Shown here: positions 39,159 to 48,540 of the stretch, one piece after another | How the letters are laid out: each line of letters begins with the position of its first letter | How positions within the stretch are numbered: the stretch's first letter is position 1 | Source of the DNA: an uncultured Actinomycetes bacterium | Lineage (GTDB): Bacteria > Actinomycetota > Thermoleophilia > Gaiellales > Gaiellaceae | NCBI GenBank assembly: GCA_963716305.1 | Contig: CAVQTB010000004.1 | Location: 10,919-74,918, forward strand | Reading direction: 5' to 3' | Length of the DNA stretch: 64,000 bases | The notes under the pieces: model-generated | What the model saw: the letters and a program-made list of their open reading frames with translations, nothing else | Databases searched by the model: none | Told to the model about the DNA's origin: nothing | Program-made: the position numbers and the translations under genes

Positions 39159-40637
39159 TCAGCCTCCGACGCGGCGATACACATACGTCACCTCGGCGCT
39201 GTTGATGCCGACGATGATCACGATCTCCTTGAAGTCTCCGTATCCCGCCGACAGCGGGACCGTGAAGGTCTTCGAGTCCGACGGGGGATTCGGGTAGTTG
39301 GCGGAGGCTCGACCAACGAAATCCGGGGCGCGCGCCCCGAACTCGATCAGGAGCGGCTGAACCGGCACGACATTGGACACTACGAGCGCGAGTGTAAGCG
39401 TGTACGTCTTGCCGGCGACGAGCGTCTGGGGCACCTTGAACGTGTAGTCGACCTTCCATTCGCCCCCCTTACCGGCGCCGCCGTATTGACCGGTGTGGTT
39501 CCAGAGCGCCTTCCCGCCCGCAGCGTCGATCGTCAACTCAGGCGCGTTCGGGTTCGTGACCTTGTTCGAGGTCAGTACGAACGAACCCGCGGCAGGCTTT
39601 GGCGGCTGCTGTGACGTGCCGGACTTCGTGCATCGCGGCTGAGCTGCAGACGTCTTTCGTGTGCCTGCTCTGACCATCGTGGCGGATCCGGTCGGGGCAC
39701 TCGATCCCAGATCCTTCCAGGAGAACCTGTCCGCGGAATGGATCGTGAAGACCATCTTTCCTTTCACGTGGGCGCCCGGTTCAGTCACCTCGAACGTACC
39801 CTCCACGACATCGTCACTCGTGAACGTCCCGGTAAAAGAGCCGCAGAGGTTTTCATGGCCCGGACCGCCAACCCAGTCGGCGGTCACCTTCCGGCCTACC
39901 TGTTCGACATTCCAAGGCGGTTGCGCAGAGCTCCCGCTGTACGACCACTGCCCCGTGAGGTCGATGCCGGTGCGCCGCCACACCTCGACCGTCGAGTGCA
40001 GGAACGGATACTGCCTCGGCGCGCCGAAGGCCAACCGTCCAAGCCGCTCGGTGTAGTAGTCCACCGTCCAGTCGTCGGCCGGAAACGCCCTCTCGTGTTC
40101 GGGCGGCTTTTCGCGGGACAACGCGAACATCTGTTTCAGCGACCAGTTCTTCCCCGGCCCGACGAAGTAGTTCGGCAACTTCGCCACCTCCGCCACCCTG
40201 TATGGCGTCCCGGTCTTGCCGGGGATCTGGAGGAAGTGATCGAAGCGGGCGTCCGCCGGCCGGCGGGTCGCATTCACGATCCCGGCGTGATCATCCGAGA
40301 AGATCACCACGTCGCCCTGCTTCAGCCTCTTGTCGATCTTCTCGCTCGGCGGCGCGAGCTGAGAGACGTCGAGCTTGATGTCGTACCAGCGCACGACGTC
40401 CCCAGCGGTGGGGGCCGTAGCCTTGATCTGGAGCACCGGCGTGTAGCCGAGCCTCCGCAGCAGATCGCGCAGCTGGTCGGCGGTGAGGCGGTTCGGGTTT
40501 GTGTCCTTCTTCGGGTTGATCTCGTACGCAACCCAGTCGAAGCACCACGTGATTGCGTAGGAGCTCTGGCTCACTGCGCCCGCGACGACTGCCGCGGCGA
40601 CCACAAGGACGACGAACCGCAGCCTCAAATGTCGCAT
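39159..40637 (-). CDS. Modular exported protein P1: Cys/His hydrolase-like head, middle beta domain, shared C-terminal domain
   Basis: 492 aa. ATG after AGGAGG, signal peptide MRHLRLRFVVLVVAAAVVAGAVSQSSYA. Head has ITWCFDW and GDVVIFSDDHAGIV (NlpC/P60- or CHAP-like Cys...His spacing; inference only). The C-terminal ~150 aa is shared with P2 and P3. Confidence 0.8.
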   Translation of the reverse strand: MRHLRLRFVVLVVAAAVVAGAVSQSSYAITWCFDWVAYEINPKKDTNPNRLTADQLRDLLRRLGYTPVLQIKATAPTAGDVVRWYDIKLDVSQLAPPSEKIDKRLKQGDVVIFSDDHAGIVNATRRPADARFDHFLQIPGKTGTPYRVAEVAKLPNYFVGPGKNWSLKQMFALSREKPPEHERAFPADDWTVDYYTERLGRLAFGAPRQYPFLHSTVEVWRRTGIDLTGQWSYSGSSAQPPWNVEQVGRKVTADWVGGPGHENLCGSFTGTFTSDDVVEGTFEVTEPGAHVKGKMVFTIHSADRFSWKDLGSSAPTGSATMVRAGTRKTSAAQPRCTKSGTSQQPPKPAAGSFVLTSNKVTNPNAPELTIDAAGGKALWNHTGQYGGAGKGGEWKVDYTFKVPQTLVAGKTYTLTLALVVSNVVPVQPLLIEFGARAPDFVGRASANYPNPPSDSKTFTVPLSAGYGDFKEIVIIVGINSAEVTYVYRRVGG

Positions 40638-40664
40638 GAACGAGCCCCTCCTGACGCCAGGCCG

Positions 40665-40693
40665 TTAATGACAGAAACCCATGCCCGTGTCAA
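40665..40693 (-). promoter_or_regulatory. Sigma-70-type promoter candidate for P1
   Basis: Minus strand TTGACA, 17 nt, CATTAA, ending about 28 nt upstream of the ATG. The same arrangement is conserved upstream of P2. Confidence 0.5.
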
Positions 40694-40881
40694 GCATTCG
40701 CCGGCCTCGGCCGGGTCGCAGCGACTGCGTACGCGTTGGGCCCTTCCCGGGGGGCTGAGACCTGGGCGATCCGCCGCCGTGATCCTCGGTGCGTGCCAGT
40801 TAGGGCCCGCAATGGAGGGCGTTCGGGGGAAGGGAACGAAAGGCCGCCCATACGGGCGCCCGAGTTTCGTCCCGGTGAAGA

Positions 40882-40906
40882 TGGACGGGGCGGGAATCGA
40901 ACCCGC
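40882..40906 (-). repeat. Copy of the ssrA 3' end
   Basis: tggacggggcgggaatcgaacccgc; two mismatches to ssrA 59595-59619, same orientation. Confidence 0.75.
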
Positions 40907-40995
40907 AGAAGATTCCGACCGAGCCGATGAGCTGCCGCCGCCTACCGACGGCGCCGATTGACCGGGACCCTGGTCCCGCGCGAACAGGCGCGCGC

Positions 40996-42393
40996 TTACG
41001 GTGCGACGTTGTGGTTCATGTGGAAGAGATTGCCGGGATCGTAGGCCCGCTTGACCTGAACCAGGCGGTCGTAGTTCTGGCGGTAGTTGTCTCGAACCCG
41101 GTCGTAGTCGTCGTCCTGCATGAAGTTGATGTAGCCGCCGGGCTCCGAGTAGGGCGACAACGCCTCGTAGTAGTCGCGCAGCCATTTGATCCGCTCGGAG
41201 TCCTTGGCCGGGTCGGTCCAGCCCGCGAGGAACACCATGCCGTAGGTGGCGTCGCGGTAGGCGAAGGCCGTGTCGTTTGCTCCGACACGATGACAGGCGC
41301 CGTTGATCGGATACAGGTGCATCGTGCAGGTCACCTCGGGAACCTGGGACCCATGCTCGACGTGCGCCGCGATCGCGGCGTCCGGGAGGTCCTTGACGAA
41401 GGCGCCTTTCCAGTACGCACGCAGACCCTTCGGATAGAGCACGTCGAAGGCGCCGTTCAGCGCGGGATACGGCAGCGGCCCGCTCGCGTCCGCAACGATC
41501 GGCGCGACGTCCCGGAATGGTTTGAGGGCTTTCTCGGCCTGATCGAGCGGGCCGGCCCAGTGCACCACGACCAGGCACAGGGGGTCACCGTGCCGGTCCT
41601 CGGGGATGAACGGCAGGGGCGGGGCGATCTGAAATCCGGGAAAGCCGCCGAACTCCTCGGGAGCGTCGCGAATGAATTCGTCGAACATTCGAAGCACGGT
41701 CGCGGCGTCGTCCAGGTTGTAGAAGATCGGCCCCGCGAAGACCTGGTCGACCTCGGCGAGGCGGTACTCGAGGGAGGTCACGACGCCGAAGTTTCCACCC
41801 CCGCCTCGGAGCCCCCAGAAGAGATCCTCGTTCTCCCGTTCGCTCGCGGTCAGGAACTTCCCGTCCGCGGTAACCACGTCGGCTGAGATCAGATTGTCGA
41901 TGCTCAGCCCGAGCCCGCGGGCCAGGTAGCCGATCCCGCCTCCGAGCGTGAGACCCGTGATGCCCGTGGTCGAGATGATCCCGCCGGTCGTTGCGAGACC
42001 GAAGGCGTGGGTTGCGTAGTTGAAATCCCCCAACGTCGCACCCGCATCGGCACGAGCTGTCTTGGTCCTCGGATCCACACGCACCGTGCGCATCTCCGAC
42101 ATGTCGAGGACGAGACCCGCGTCGTTCGTCCCGAATCCGGCCCCGCTATGTCCACCGCAGCGCACGGACAGATCGAGTCCGTGCTCGCGGGCGAAATTCA
42201 CGGCAGCGATGACGTCCCCGACCTGCTCGGCCTTCAAGATCGCCGTCGGCCGCCTGTCGAACATGCCATTGTGGACCCTGCGCGCTTCGTCGTAGCCCTC
42301 GTCCGCGGCGGTGATCACCCGACCGCGCACCTGCTCGCGTAGGGATTGAACAGCCTCGCTCGTCAGCGGGCTCGCGACGACGGTATCTGCCAT
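40996..42393 (-). CDS. FAD-linked oxidase with berberine-bridge-enzyme-type C-terminus
   Basis: 465 aa; RCGGHSGAGF..., ITGLTLGGGIGYL, and C-terminal YINFMQDDDYDRVRDNY..NYDRLVQVKRAYDPGNLFHMNHNV. Confidence 0.88.
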   Translation of the reverse strand: MADTVVASPLTSEAVQSLREQVRGRVITAADEGYDEARRVHNGMFDRRPTAILKAEQVGDVIAAVNFAREHGLDLSVRCGGHSGAGFGTNDAGLVLDMSEMRTVRVDPRTKTARADAGATLGDFNYATHAFGLATTGGIISTTGITGLTLGGGIGYLARGLGLSIDNLISADVVTADGKFLTASERENEDLFWGLRGGGGNFGVVTSLEYRLAEVDQVFAGPIFYNLDDAATVLRMFDEFIRDAPEEFGGFPGFQIAPPLPFIPEDRHGDPLCLVVVHWAGPLDQAEKALKPFRDVAPIVADASGPLPYPALNGAFDVLYPKGLRAYWKGAFVKDLPDAAIAAHVEHGSQVPEVTCTMHLYPINGACHRVGANDTAFAYRDATYGMVFLAGWTDPAKDSERIKWLRDYYEALSPYSEPGGYINFMQDDDYDRVRDNYRQNYDRLVQVKRAYDPGNLFHMNHNVAP

Positions 42394-42480
42394 GGCTGCA
42401 CTCCTTCCTGACTCGGATGCCTGCCAGAGGGTGCGATCCTACTCCGTCTTCTCCCGGCCTGGACAGCCCCGATCCTGCGC

Positions 42481-42503
42481 GGAGGCGGCGGGAATCGCAC
42501 CCG
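42481..42503 (-). repeat. Copy of the ssrA 3' end
   Basis: ggaggcggcgggaatcgcacccg; one mismatch to ssrA 59596-59618, same orientation. Confidence 0.75.
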
Positions 42504-42696
42504 GGCAAGACGCAGTCGCTAGGAGCGGCCTGGGGCATCTCGTTGACCGATTCACACGGAAAGATCGTCGCGGTGGCGAGCGCCGAGCTCGACCTTCAAC
42601 GATGACAGCTGGCCGAGTCTATGCCCTCCGGATCGGACGTTACGGTGAGGCCGATGGTGCCTGGCCCGCGGCGTTTCGCTGATCCTTCCTAGAGTC

Positions 42697-43287
42697 GTGG
42701 AGACCTCCCGGCTCGAGCTCTTCGCCGACGGCGTCTTCGCGATCGCCGCAACGCTCCTGATCATCGACGTCTCCGTGCACGCCCCGGGCGGCGAGCTCGG
42801 GGCGGCGCTCAAGCACGCCTGGCCCCAGTACGCCGCGTATGCAGTCTCGTTCGTGACCATCGGGATCTGGTGGGTCAATCACCACGCGTTCTTCGCAATG
42901 CTCGGACGAGCCGACCGCGCCTTTCTCTTCGCCAACATCGCGCTCCTTGCGTGTATCGCTTTCCTCCCGTTTCCGACGGGGCTCGTGGCAGAACACTTCC
43001 GCGACGACGGCGTGCGCGCCGCGGCGATCACCTACGGGCTCACCCAGACCGCCGCGGCGCTCTGTTTCGTGTGCTGCTGGTTCTACGCTGCGAGCGGACG
43101 CCGCCTGATCGCCGACAGGGTGGACCAGCGCGTCGTCAACGGCATGACGCGCTCCGTCATCCCGGGAGTTCCGATCAACGCCGCTGCGACGCTCGTCGCG
43201 CTCTGGAGCCCGTACACGGGTCTCGTGCTCTTCGCGGCACTCGCGCTCTTCTACGTGGTCGGGAGCTCGCTGTTCGGACGCGACTGA
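42697..43287 (+). CDS. TMEM175/DUF1211-family putative potassium channel
   Basis: 196 aa; RLELFADGVFAIAATLLIIDV signature helix, then WWVNHH and further TM helices. Confidence 0.8.
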   Translation: METSRLELFADGVFAIAATLLIIDVSVHAPGGELGAALKHAWPQYAAYAVSFVTIGIWWVNHHAFFAMLGRADRAFLFANIALLACIAFLPFPTGLVAEHFRDDGVRAAAITYGLTQTAAALCFVCCWFYAASGRRLIADRVDQRVVNGMTRSVIPGVPINAAATLVALWSPYTGLVLFAALALFYVVGSSLFGRD

Positions 43288-43482
43288 AAGGAGTCGCTCG
43301 GCAGGGACCCGCCCTGCACGCACGGGTCACGCAAGCGTGCTCGACGGGTCGCTTCGAAGGAGGACGCCGGGCCTTCTCAGTCGCTGGCACCAGCTCCACT
43401 CCAGTGTGAATCGACGGGAGCTTTCGGCACATACTGCAGACGCTCACAACCGCGAAAACGAGTGGTCGGGAAGGGAGGCGAA

Positions 43483-44070
43483 GTGCAGAAGTTCGACACG
43501 CTGCTCGGAGAGCGCGAGGTCGTCGAGGACGCTGGGGGCTGGTGGCTGTTCTTCCTGACCGGAATCGCCTGGTTGGTCTTTGCGCTGCTCGTCTTCCAAT
43601 GGGATTACACGACGGTGTACGCGGTCTCGTTCCTGTTCGGGGTCGTCGCCGTCATCGCCGGTGTGAACGAGTTCATTCAGATCCCCGTTTCGACGAGGGG
43701 CTGGAAGATCGCGCGCGGCATCCTGGGCGTGTTGTTCGTGATCGCCGGGCTCTGGGCGCTCCTGCATCCGGACAACGCGTTCAGGACGCTTGCGGCAGCT
43801 ATGGGCCTCTTCCTTCTTTTCAAGGGGATCTTCGACCTGACAGTCGCTTTCCGAACGAGGAGGCAGTTCGACCTCTGGTGGCTCCAGCTCACCGCCGGCG
43901 TCGCTGAGATTCTTCTGGCCTTCTGGGTTGCGGGCGCCTTCCGAGAGAAGGCGATTCTGCTCGTCGTCTACGTGGGCGTGATCGCCCTCATGCGTGGGAT
44001 CACCGAGCTGCTCCTTGCCTTCAAGCTGCTCGGCGGTACCGGTGGCGGCGGCACCCTGCGCCCTGCCTAG
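43483..44070 (+). CDS. HdeD/DUF308-like membrane protein
   Basis: In ORF 43462..44070. GTG at 43483 after AAGGGAGG. Six short hydrophobic helices with the repeated G...G...L pattern. Confidence 0.55.
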   Translation: MQKFDTLLGEREVVEDAGGWWLFFLTGIAWLVFALLVFQWDYTTVYAVSFLFGVVAVIAGVNEFIQIPVSTRGWKIARGILGVLFVIAGLWALLHPDNAFRTLAAAMGLFLLFKGIFDLTVAFRTRRQFDLWWLQLTAGVAEILLAFWVAGAFREKAILLVVYVGVIALMRGITELLLAFKLLGGTGGGGTLRPA

Positions 44071-44093
44071 CTCGGACCCGGCCGCACCTCAAC

Positions 44094-45617
44094 CTAGGCA
44101 TCTGCGGCCGTAGCTCGGACGTCGTCGACCGTGTCGGAATCGTCGGGTTCGGCTGCCTCCGTCGGCGGCGCGGCCGTGGGGACCTTGAACCCGATGAACC
44201 CATACAGGACGTCGAGGATCGGGCTGAGGAGGTTGAAGTAGCAGTAGGGCAGATACGAGGCGGTCGACACGCCGAGCACGCCCGAGATGTACGCGCCGCA
44301 CGTGTTCCAGGGCACGAGGACGGAGGTCACGGTGCCGGAGTCCTCGACGGCCCGCGACAGCACCTGCGGTGCGAGTCCGCGCCGCTCGAACTCGTCTCGG
44401 AACATGCGGGCCGGCAGAACGTCGGCGACGTACTGGTCGCCGGCGATCACGTTCAGCCCGACACCGCTCCCGTTGACGGCGAGGATCAGCCGGCCACGTG
44501 TCGGGGTCCGCTCCACGACGGGCCGGAGGAGCCGCTCGAGGAATCCCGCGTGCTCCATGATCGCCGCGAACGACAGCGCTGCCAGGACGAGCCAGACGGT
44601 CGTCAGCAGGCTCGCCATCCCGCCACGAGAGAAGAGCTGGTCGATCGCTGGAAAGCCGCTGACGCTCACGTAGCCGGTCGCCATGGAGCTGTAGATCGCT
44701 TTGATCCCTGTGGCGACCGGCCCGAGCCCCGGCTCATCGACGAAGGCCTTGACGTTGTCCCACTGTGTGAAGCAGGCGAGGATGCCCGCGAACAGCGCCG
44801 ACCCCAGGATCGCCAGGAACGGCGGCACCTTCCTGAGCGTGAACACGACCAGCAGTGCAAGCGGCAGCAGGTTGAGGACCGTGATGTTGAACTCCGCTTC
44901 GAGCGTGTCGAGGGCCGCCTGCGCGCTCACCCCCCCTGCCGGCTCCGCGGTCAGACCGAGCACGAGGAAGATCACCAGGCTGATTCCGAGCGCCGGGCCC
45001 GCTGTCCAGAACATGTTCCGGATGTGCTGCTCAGTGGTGAGGCCGCGACCGACGAGCTTCGGCACGAGGATCGTCGTCTCCGAGAGCGGGGTCATCTTGT
45101 CGCCGAAGTACGCGCCGCAGATCACGGCGCCCGCGGCGGTCGCCTCGGAGAGGCCCATGACCTTGGACATTCCGACGAAGGCGACGCCGAGCGTGCCCGC
45201 GGTCGTCCAGGAGCTGCCGGTGACCATGCCGACGATGGCGCAGATCGCCGCGGTCGTCACGAAGAATATGGTCGGGTTGAGCAGGCGGACGCCGTAGTCG
45301 ACGACGGTCGGGATCGTGCCGGCCATGTTCCACGTTCCGATCAGCGCCCCGACCGCGAGGAGGATGAAGATGGCGCTCATCGCGGTCGTCACACCCCCGA
45401 TCGCGGCGTCCGCGATCGCGGCGGAGGTGTAGCCGTTCTTCAATGCCATCAACGCGGCGAACGCGGCGCTCAGCAGCAGCGCGACCTGCAACGGCCCGTC
45501 GGTCGCGCTCACGCCGAAGAGCCAGATCGTAAGCGCGATCAGCCCGATCAGCACCACCACGGGGAGCACCGCGTCGAGCAGGCTCGGTGGTCTCGGCGCC
45601 CGATGCCCGCTCTCCAT
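44094..45617 (-). CDS. nhaC: Na+/H+ antiporter NhaC family
   Basis: 507 aa polytopic protein; blocks GALIGTWNMAGTIPT and SSWTTAGTLGVAF are typical of NhaC as I recall it. Confidence 0.75.
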   Translation of the reverse strand: MESGHRAPRPPSLLDAVLPVVVLIGLIALTIWLFGVSATDGPLQVALLLSAAFAALMALKNGYTSAAIADAAIGGVTTAMSAIFILLAVGALIGTWNMAGTIPTVVDYGVRLLNPTIFFVTTAAICAIVGMVTGSSWTTAGTLGVAFVGMSKVMGLSEATAAGAVICGAYFGDKMTPLSETTILVPKLVGRGLTTEQHIRNMFWTAGPALGISLVIFLVLGLTAEPAGGVSAQAALDTLEAEFNITVLNLLPLALLVVFTLRKVPPFLAILGSALFAGILACFTQWDNVKAFVDEPGLGPVATGIKAIYSSMATGYVSVSGFPAIDQLFSRGGMASLLTTVWLVLAALSFAAIMEHAGFLERLLRPVVERTPTRGRLILAVNGSGVGLNVIAGDQYVADVLPARMFRDEFERRGLAPQVLSRAVEDSGTVTSVLVPWNTCGAYISGVLGVSTASYLPYCYFNLLSPILDVLYGFIGFKVPTAAPPTEAAEPDDSDTVDDVRATAADA

Positions 45618-45624
45618 CTCGGTC

Positions 45625-48363
45625 CTACATTTCGGCCGTGGCGGAGACCGGCTGCCGTTGCCCGGCGTGCCGGTCGTAGAGCTTGCCCAGCTCGGTGAGG
45701 GCGAGGAAGACGATCGGGCCGAGCAGGCAGATCCCCCACTGTCGGCTGGTCAGCGAGACGGTGTCGAAGATGCGCTGCAAGGGAGAGAGCTCGGTGACGA
45801 GGAACGTGAGCGCCAGCGCCGCGGCGACCAGCTGGACGAAGCGCCTGTTCTCGATCGTGTAGCGCTTGAAGATCGTTCCCGTCGGCTCGCGGCACTCGAG
45901 CGCCGCGACGATGTGCATCAAGGAGAGCGTCGTCAGGCCCATCGTCGTCGCGACGACGAGGTCGTAGCGGTCCTCGCCCCAGGCGACGATCGCGAGGGCG
46001 AGCGCAGCCATCAGCACAGAGGCCGTGCCGAGACGTATCGCGAGCCAGCGGTCGACGATCGGCGCCGCCGCATCTCTGGGTGCTCGCCGCATCAGCCCCG
46101 GGGCGGCTGAATCGAAGCCGAGGCCGATCGCGAGCAGCACGTCGACCGCGAAGTTGATCCAGAGGATCTGCAGCGGCGTCAGCGGGGCTCCGTTCGCGAC
46201 GTCGAAGATCCCGGCGCCGACGAAAAGGAGGATGAACGCGCCGAGCATGATCAGCTGGACGCGTACGTACTTCATCAGGTTGTCGTAGATGCCGCGGCCG
46301 CCCTCCACCGCCGAGACGATCGTGGCGAAGTTGTCGTCGGTGAGGATCATGTCCGCCGCCTCCTTCGTCACCTCCGTGCCGGTGATCCCCATCGCGACGC
46401 CGATGTCGGAGCGCTTCAGCGCCGGCGCGTCGTTGACGCCGTCGCCGGTCATCGCGACGACGTTGCCCTTGCGCTTGAGCATGTCGACCAGCCGCACCTT
46501 GTCCTCAGGCGCGACGCGGGCGACGACGCCGATCCCCTCGACCTCACGGTCGAGCTCCTCGTCGCTGAACCCGGCGAACTCGGTGCCGGGCAAAGCGCGA
46601 CCTTCGATGCCGAGCTGCGCCGCGATCGCGGCCGCCGTCGTGGCGTGGTCGCCGGTGATCATGCGCACGCGAATGCCGGCCTCTTTGCAGCGCGCGATCG
46701 CATCGCGGGCCTCCTTTCGCGGCGGGTCGACGATCGCGACGAGCGCGAGCAGGGTCAGACCCTGCACCTCGTCGAGCAGCGTCCCGCCCGGATCGAACGT
46801 GCCCGGATCGATGTCGCGCGACGCGACCGCCAGCACCCGGAGCCCATCACCGGCGAGCCGGTCGTTCTCGGCCAGCACCTGATCACGCCCGCCCTCCGCG
46901 GTCAGCGTCTCGCCCGCGGCGCCCCGAATCCACGACGAGCGAGCGAGCAGGACGTCCGGCGCGCCCTTGACGAAGCAGCGCACGACCTTCCGCCCTTCGT
47001 CCTCCATCTGGTGGAAGGTCGCCATCAACTTGTACTCGGAGTCGAACGGAACCTCGCCGACGCGTGGGTAGATCCGCCGCGTCTCGTCGACGTCGATCCC
47101 GCCCTTTGCCGCCAGCACGACCAGCGCCGCCTCGGTCGGATCACCCACGATCTCGCCCTCACGCACCGCGGCGTCGTTCGCGAGCGCCATCGGCAGCAGG
47201 AACGGCTCCAGCGCCGTGTCCGTCTCACCCGCGGTACGCAGGATCCTCCCGACCGTCGAGTAGCCCTCCCCTTCGACCGAGTAGCGGCGCCCGACGACGA
47301 CGAGCTCCCGCGCCGTCATCTGGTTGAGCGTCAGCGTCCCGGTCTTGTCCGAGCAGATCGCCGAGGTCGCGCCGAGCGTCTCCACCGAGCGCAGCCGCTT
47401 GACGATCGCGCCCTTCGCGGCCAGCGCCTGCGTCCCCAGCGACAGCATCGTCGTCACGACGGCCGGAAGGCCGGTCGGGATCGCGGCGATCGCGAGGCTG
47501 ATCCCGATCAGGAAGAGCTCGTCGAAGTCGTCGCCGTTGATGAGACCGAAGACGATGACGAGGCCCAGCGCAGCGCCCGCCATGATCGTGATCAGCACCG
47601 TGAGCTGATCGAGCTGCCGGGTCAGCGGCGTCTTCTCCTGCTGGACGCCGCTCAGCATCCCCGAGATCTGACCGACCTCGGTGCCCATGCCCGTTGCCGT
47701 GACGACCATCTCGCCCCGCCCGCGCGTCACGGTCGAGTTCATGTAGGCCATGTCGAGGCGGTCGCCGAGCGGCACGTCGTCGCCGGCAACCGGCTCGACC
47801 GACTTCAGCACCGGCGTGCTCTCGCCCGTCAGCGCCGCCTCCTCGATCTCGAGCGTCGCCGCCACGAGCAGGCGGCCGTCGGCCGGGATCTTGTCGCCCG
47901 CCTCGAAGACGACGACGTCGCCCGGGACGAGCTCCTCCGCCGGGATGTCGACGCGCACCCCGCCGCGGCGGGCGTGTGCCTTGATCAACAGCATCTTCTG
48001 CAGCGCCGCGACGCTCTCGGCCGCCTTGCCCTCCTGGTTCAAGCCGAGCACGGCGTTCAACACCGTCAGCCCGATGATCACGATGCCGGTGCTGAACTCC
48101 TGCAACGCCACGATGCTGACGATCGCGGCCCCGAGGAGAACGAGCTGCATCAGGTCGCGGTACTGACGCAGAAACGCCCGCCAGGCCGGCTCCTTCTCCG
48201 CCTCCGCGAGCTTGTTCGGCCCGAACTCCGCGCGACGCCGCTCGACCTCCGTGGCCTCGAGACCTGCCAGAGCGTCGGCCTCGAGCCGGCCGCACGCCTC
48301 GTCGGCAGTGAGGCCGTGCCACGCGATCACGTCACGTGGAGTCTCGACGGTCGCCGCCGTCAT
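45625..48363 (-). CDS. Cation-transporting P-type ATPase (P2-type, Ca2+/Mg2+-like)
   Basis: 912 aa; TGES, ICSDKTGTLT phosphorylation motif, MITGDH, MTGDGVNDAPAL. Confidence 0.92.
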   Translation of the reverse strand: MTAATVETPRDVIAWHGLTADEACGRLEADALAGLEATEVERRRAEFGPNKLAEAEKEPAWRAFLRQYRDLMQLVLLGAAIVSIVALQEFSTGIVIIGLTVLNAVLGLNQEGKAAESVAALQKMLLIKAHARRGGVRVDIPAEELVPGDVVVFEAGDKIPADGRLLVAATLEIEEAALTGESTPVLKSVEPVAGDDVPLGDRLDMAYMNSTVTRGRGEMVVTATGMGTEVGQISGMLSGVQQEKTPLTRQLDQLTVLITIMAGAALGLVIVFGLINGDDFDELFLIGISLAIAAIPTGLPAVVTTMLSLGTQALAAKGAIVKRLRSVETLGATSAICSDKTGTLTLNQMTARELVVVGRRYSVEGEGYSTVGRILRTAGETDTALEPFLLPMALANDAAVREGEIVGDPTEAALVVLAAKGGIDVDETRRIYPRVGEVPFDSEYKLMATFHQMEDEGRKVVRCFVKGAPDVLLARSSWIRGAAGETLTAEGGRDQVLAENDRLAGDGLRVLAVASRDIDPGTFDPGGTLLDEVQGLTLLALVAIVDPPRKEARDAIARCKEAGIRVRMITGDHATTAAAIAAQLGIEGRALPGTEFAGFSDEELDREVEGIGVVARVAPEDKVRLVDMLKRKGNVVAMTGDGVNDAPALKRSDIGVAMGITGTEVTKEAADMILTDDNFATIVSAVEGGRGIYDNLMKYVRVQLIMLGAFILLFVGAGIFDVANGAPLTPLQILWINFAVDVLLAIGLGFDSAAPGLMRRAPRDAAAPIVDRWLAIRLGTASVLMAALALAIVAWGEDRYDLVVATTMGLTTLSLMHIVAALECREPTGTIFKRYTIENRRFVQLVAAALALTFLVTELSPLQRIFDTVSLTSRQWGICLLGPIVFLALTELGKLYDRHAGQRQPVSATAEM

Positions 48364-48518
48364 GCCGGCGCCTCGACCTGGACCTTCGTGCCGTGGGTGC
48401 CGACATCGTCACCATGGTGGTGCGCCGGTCCACGCGCATACGCGATGAGGCCGATCACGCTGAGCATCATCATGAGGAGGAGCCCCAGCGCGATCCAGCG
48501 AACAACGGCGTTGCTCAT
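48360..48518 (-). CDS. 52-aa single-TM peptide with His-rich tail, translationally coupled to the P-type ATPase
   Basis: My own reading; too short for the ORF track. GGGAGG, 6 nt, ATG at 48516-48518. MSNAVVRWIALGLLLMMMLSVIGLIAYARGPAHHHGDDVGTHGTKVQVEAPA. Its TGA overlaps the ATPase ATG (ATGA). Confidence 0.55.
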   Translation of the reverse strand: MSNAVVRWIALGLLLMMMLSVIGLIAYARGPAHHHGDDVGTHGTKVQVEAPA

Positions 48519-48540
48519 CGCAACCCTCCCTTCCCGGGTC

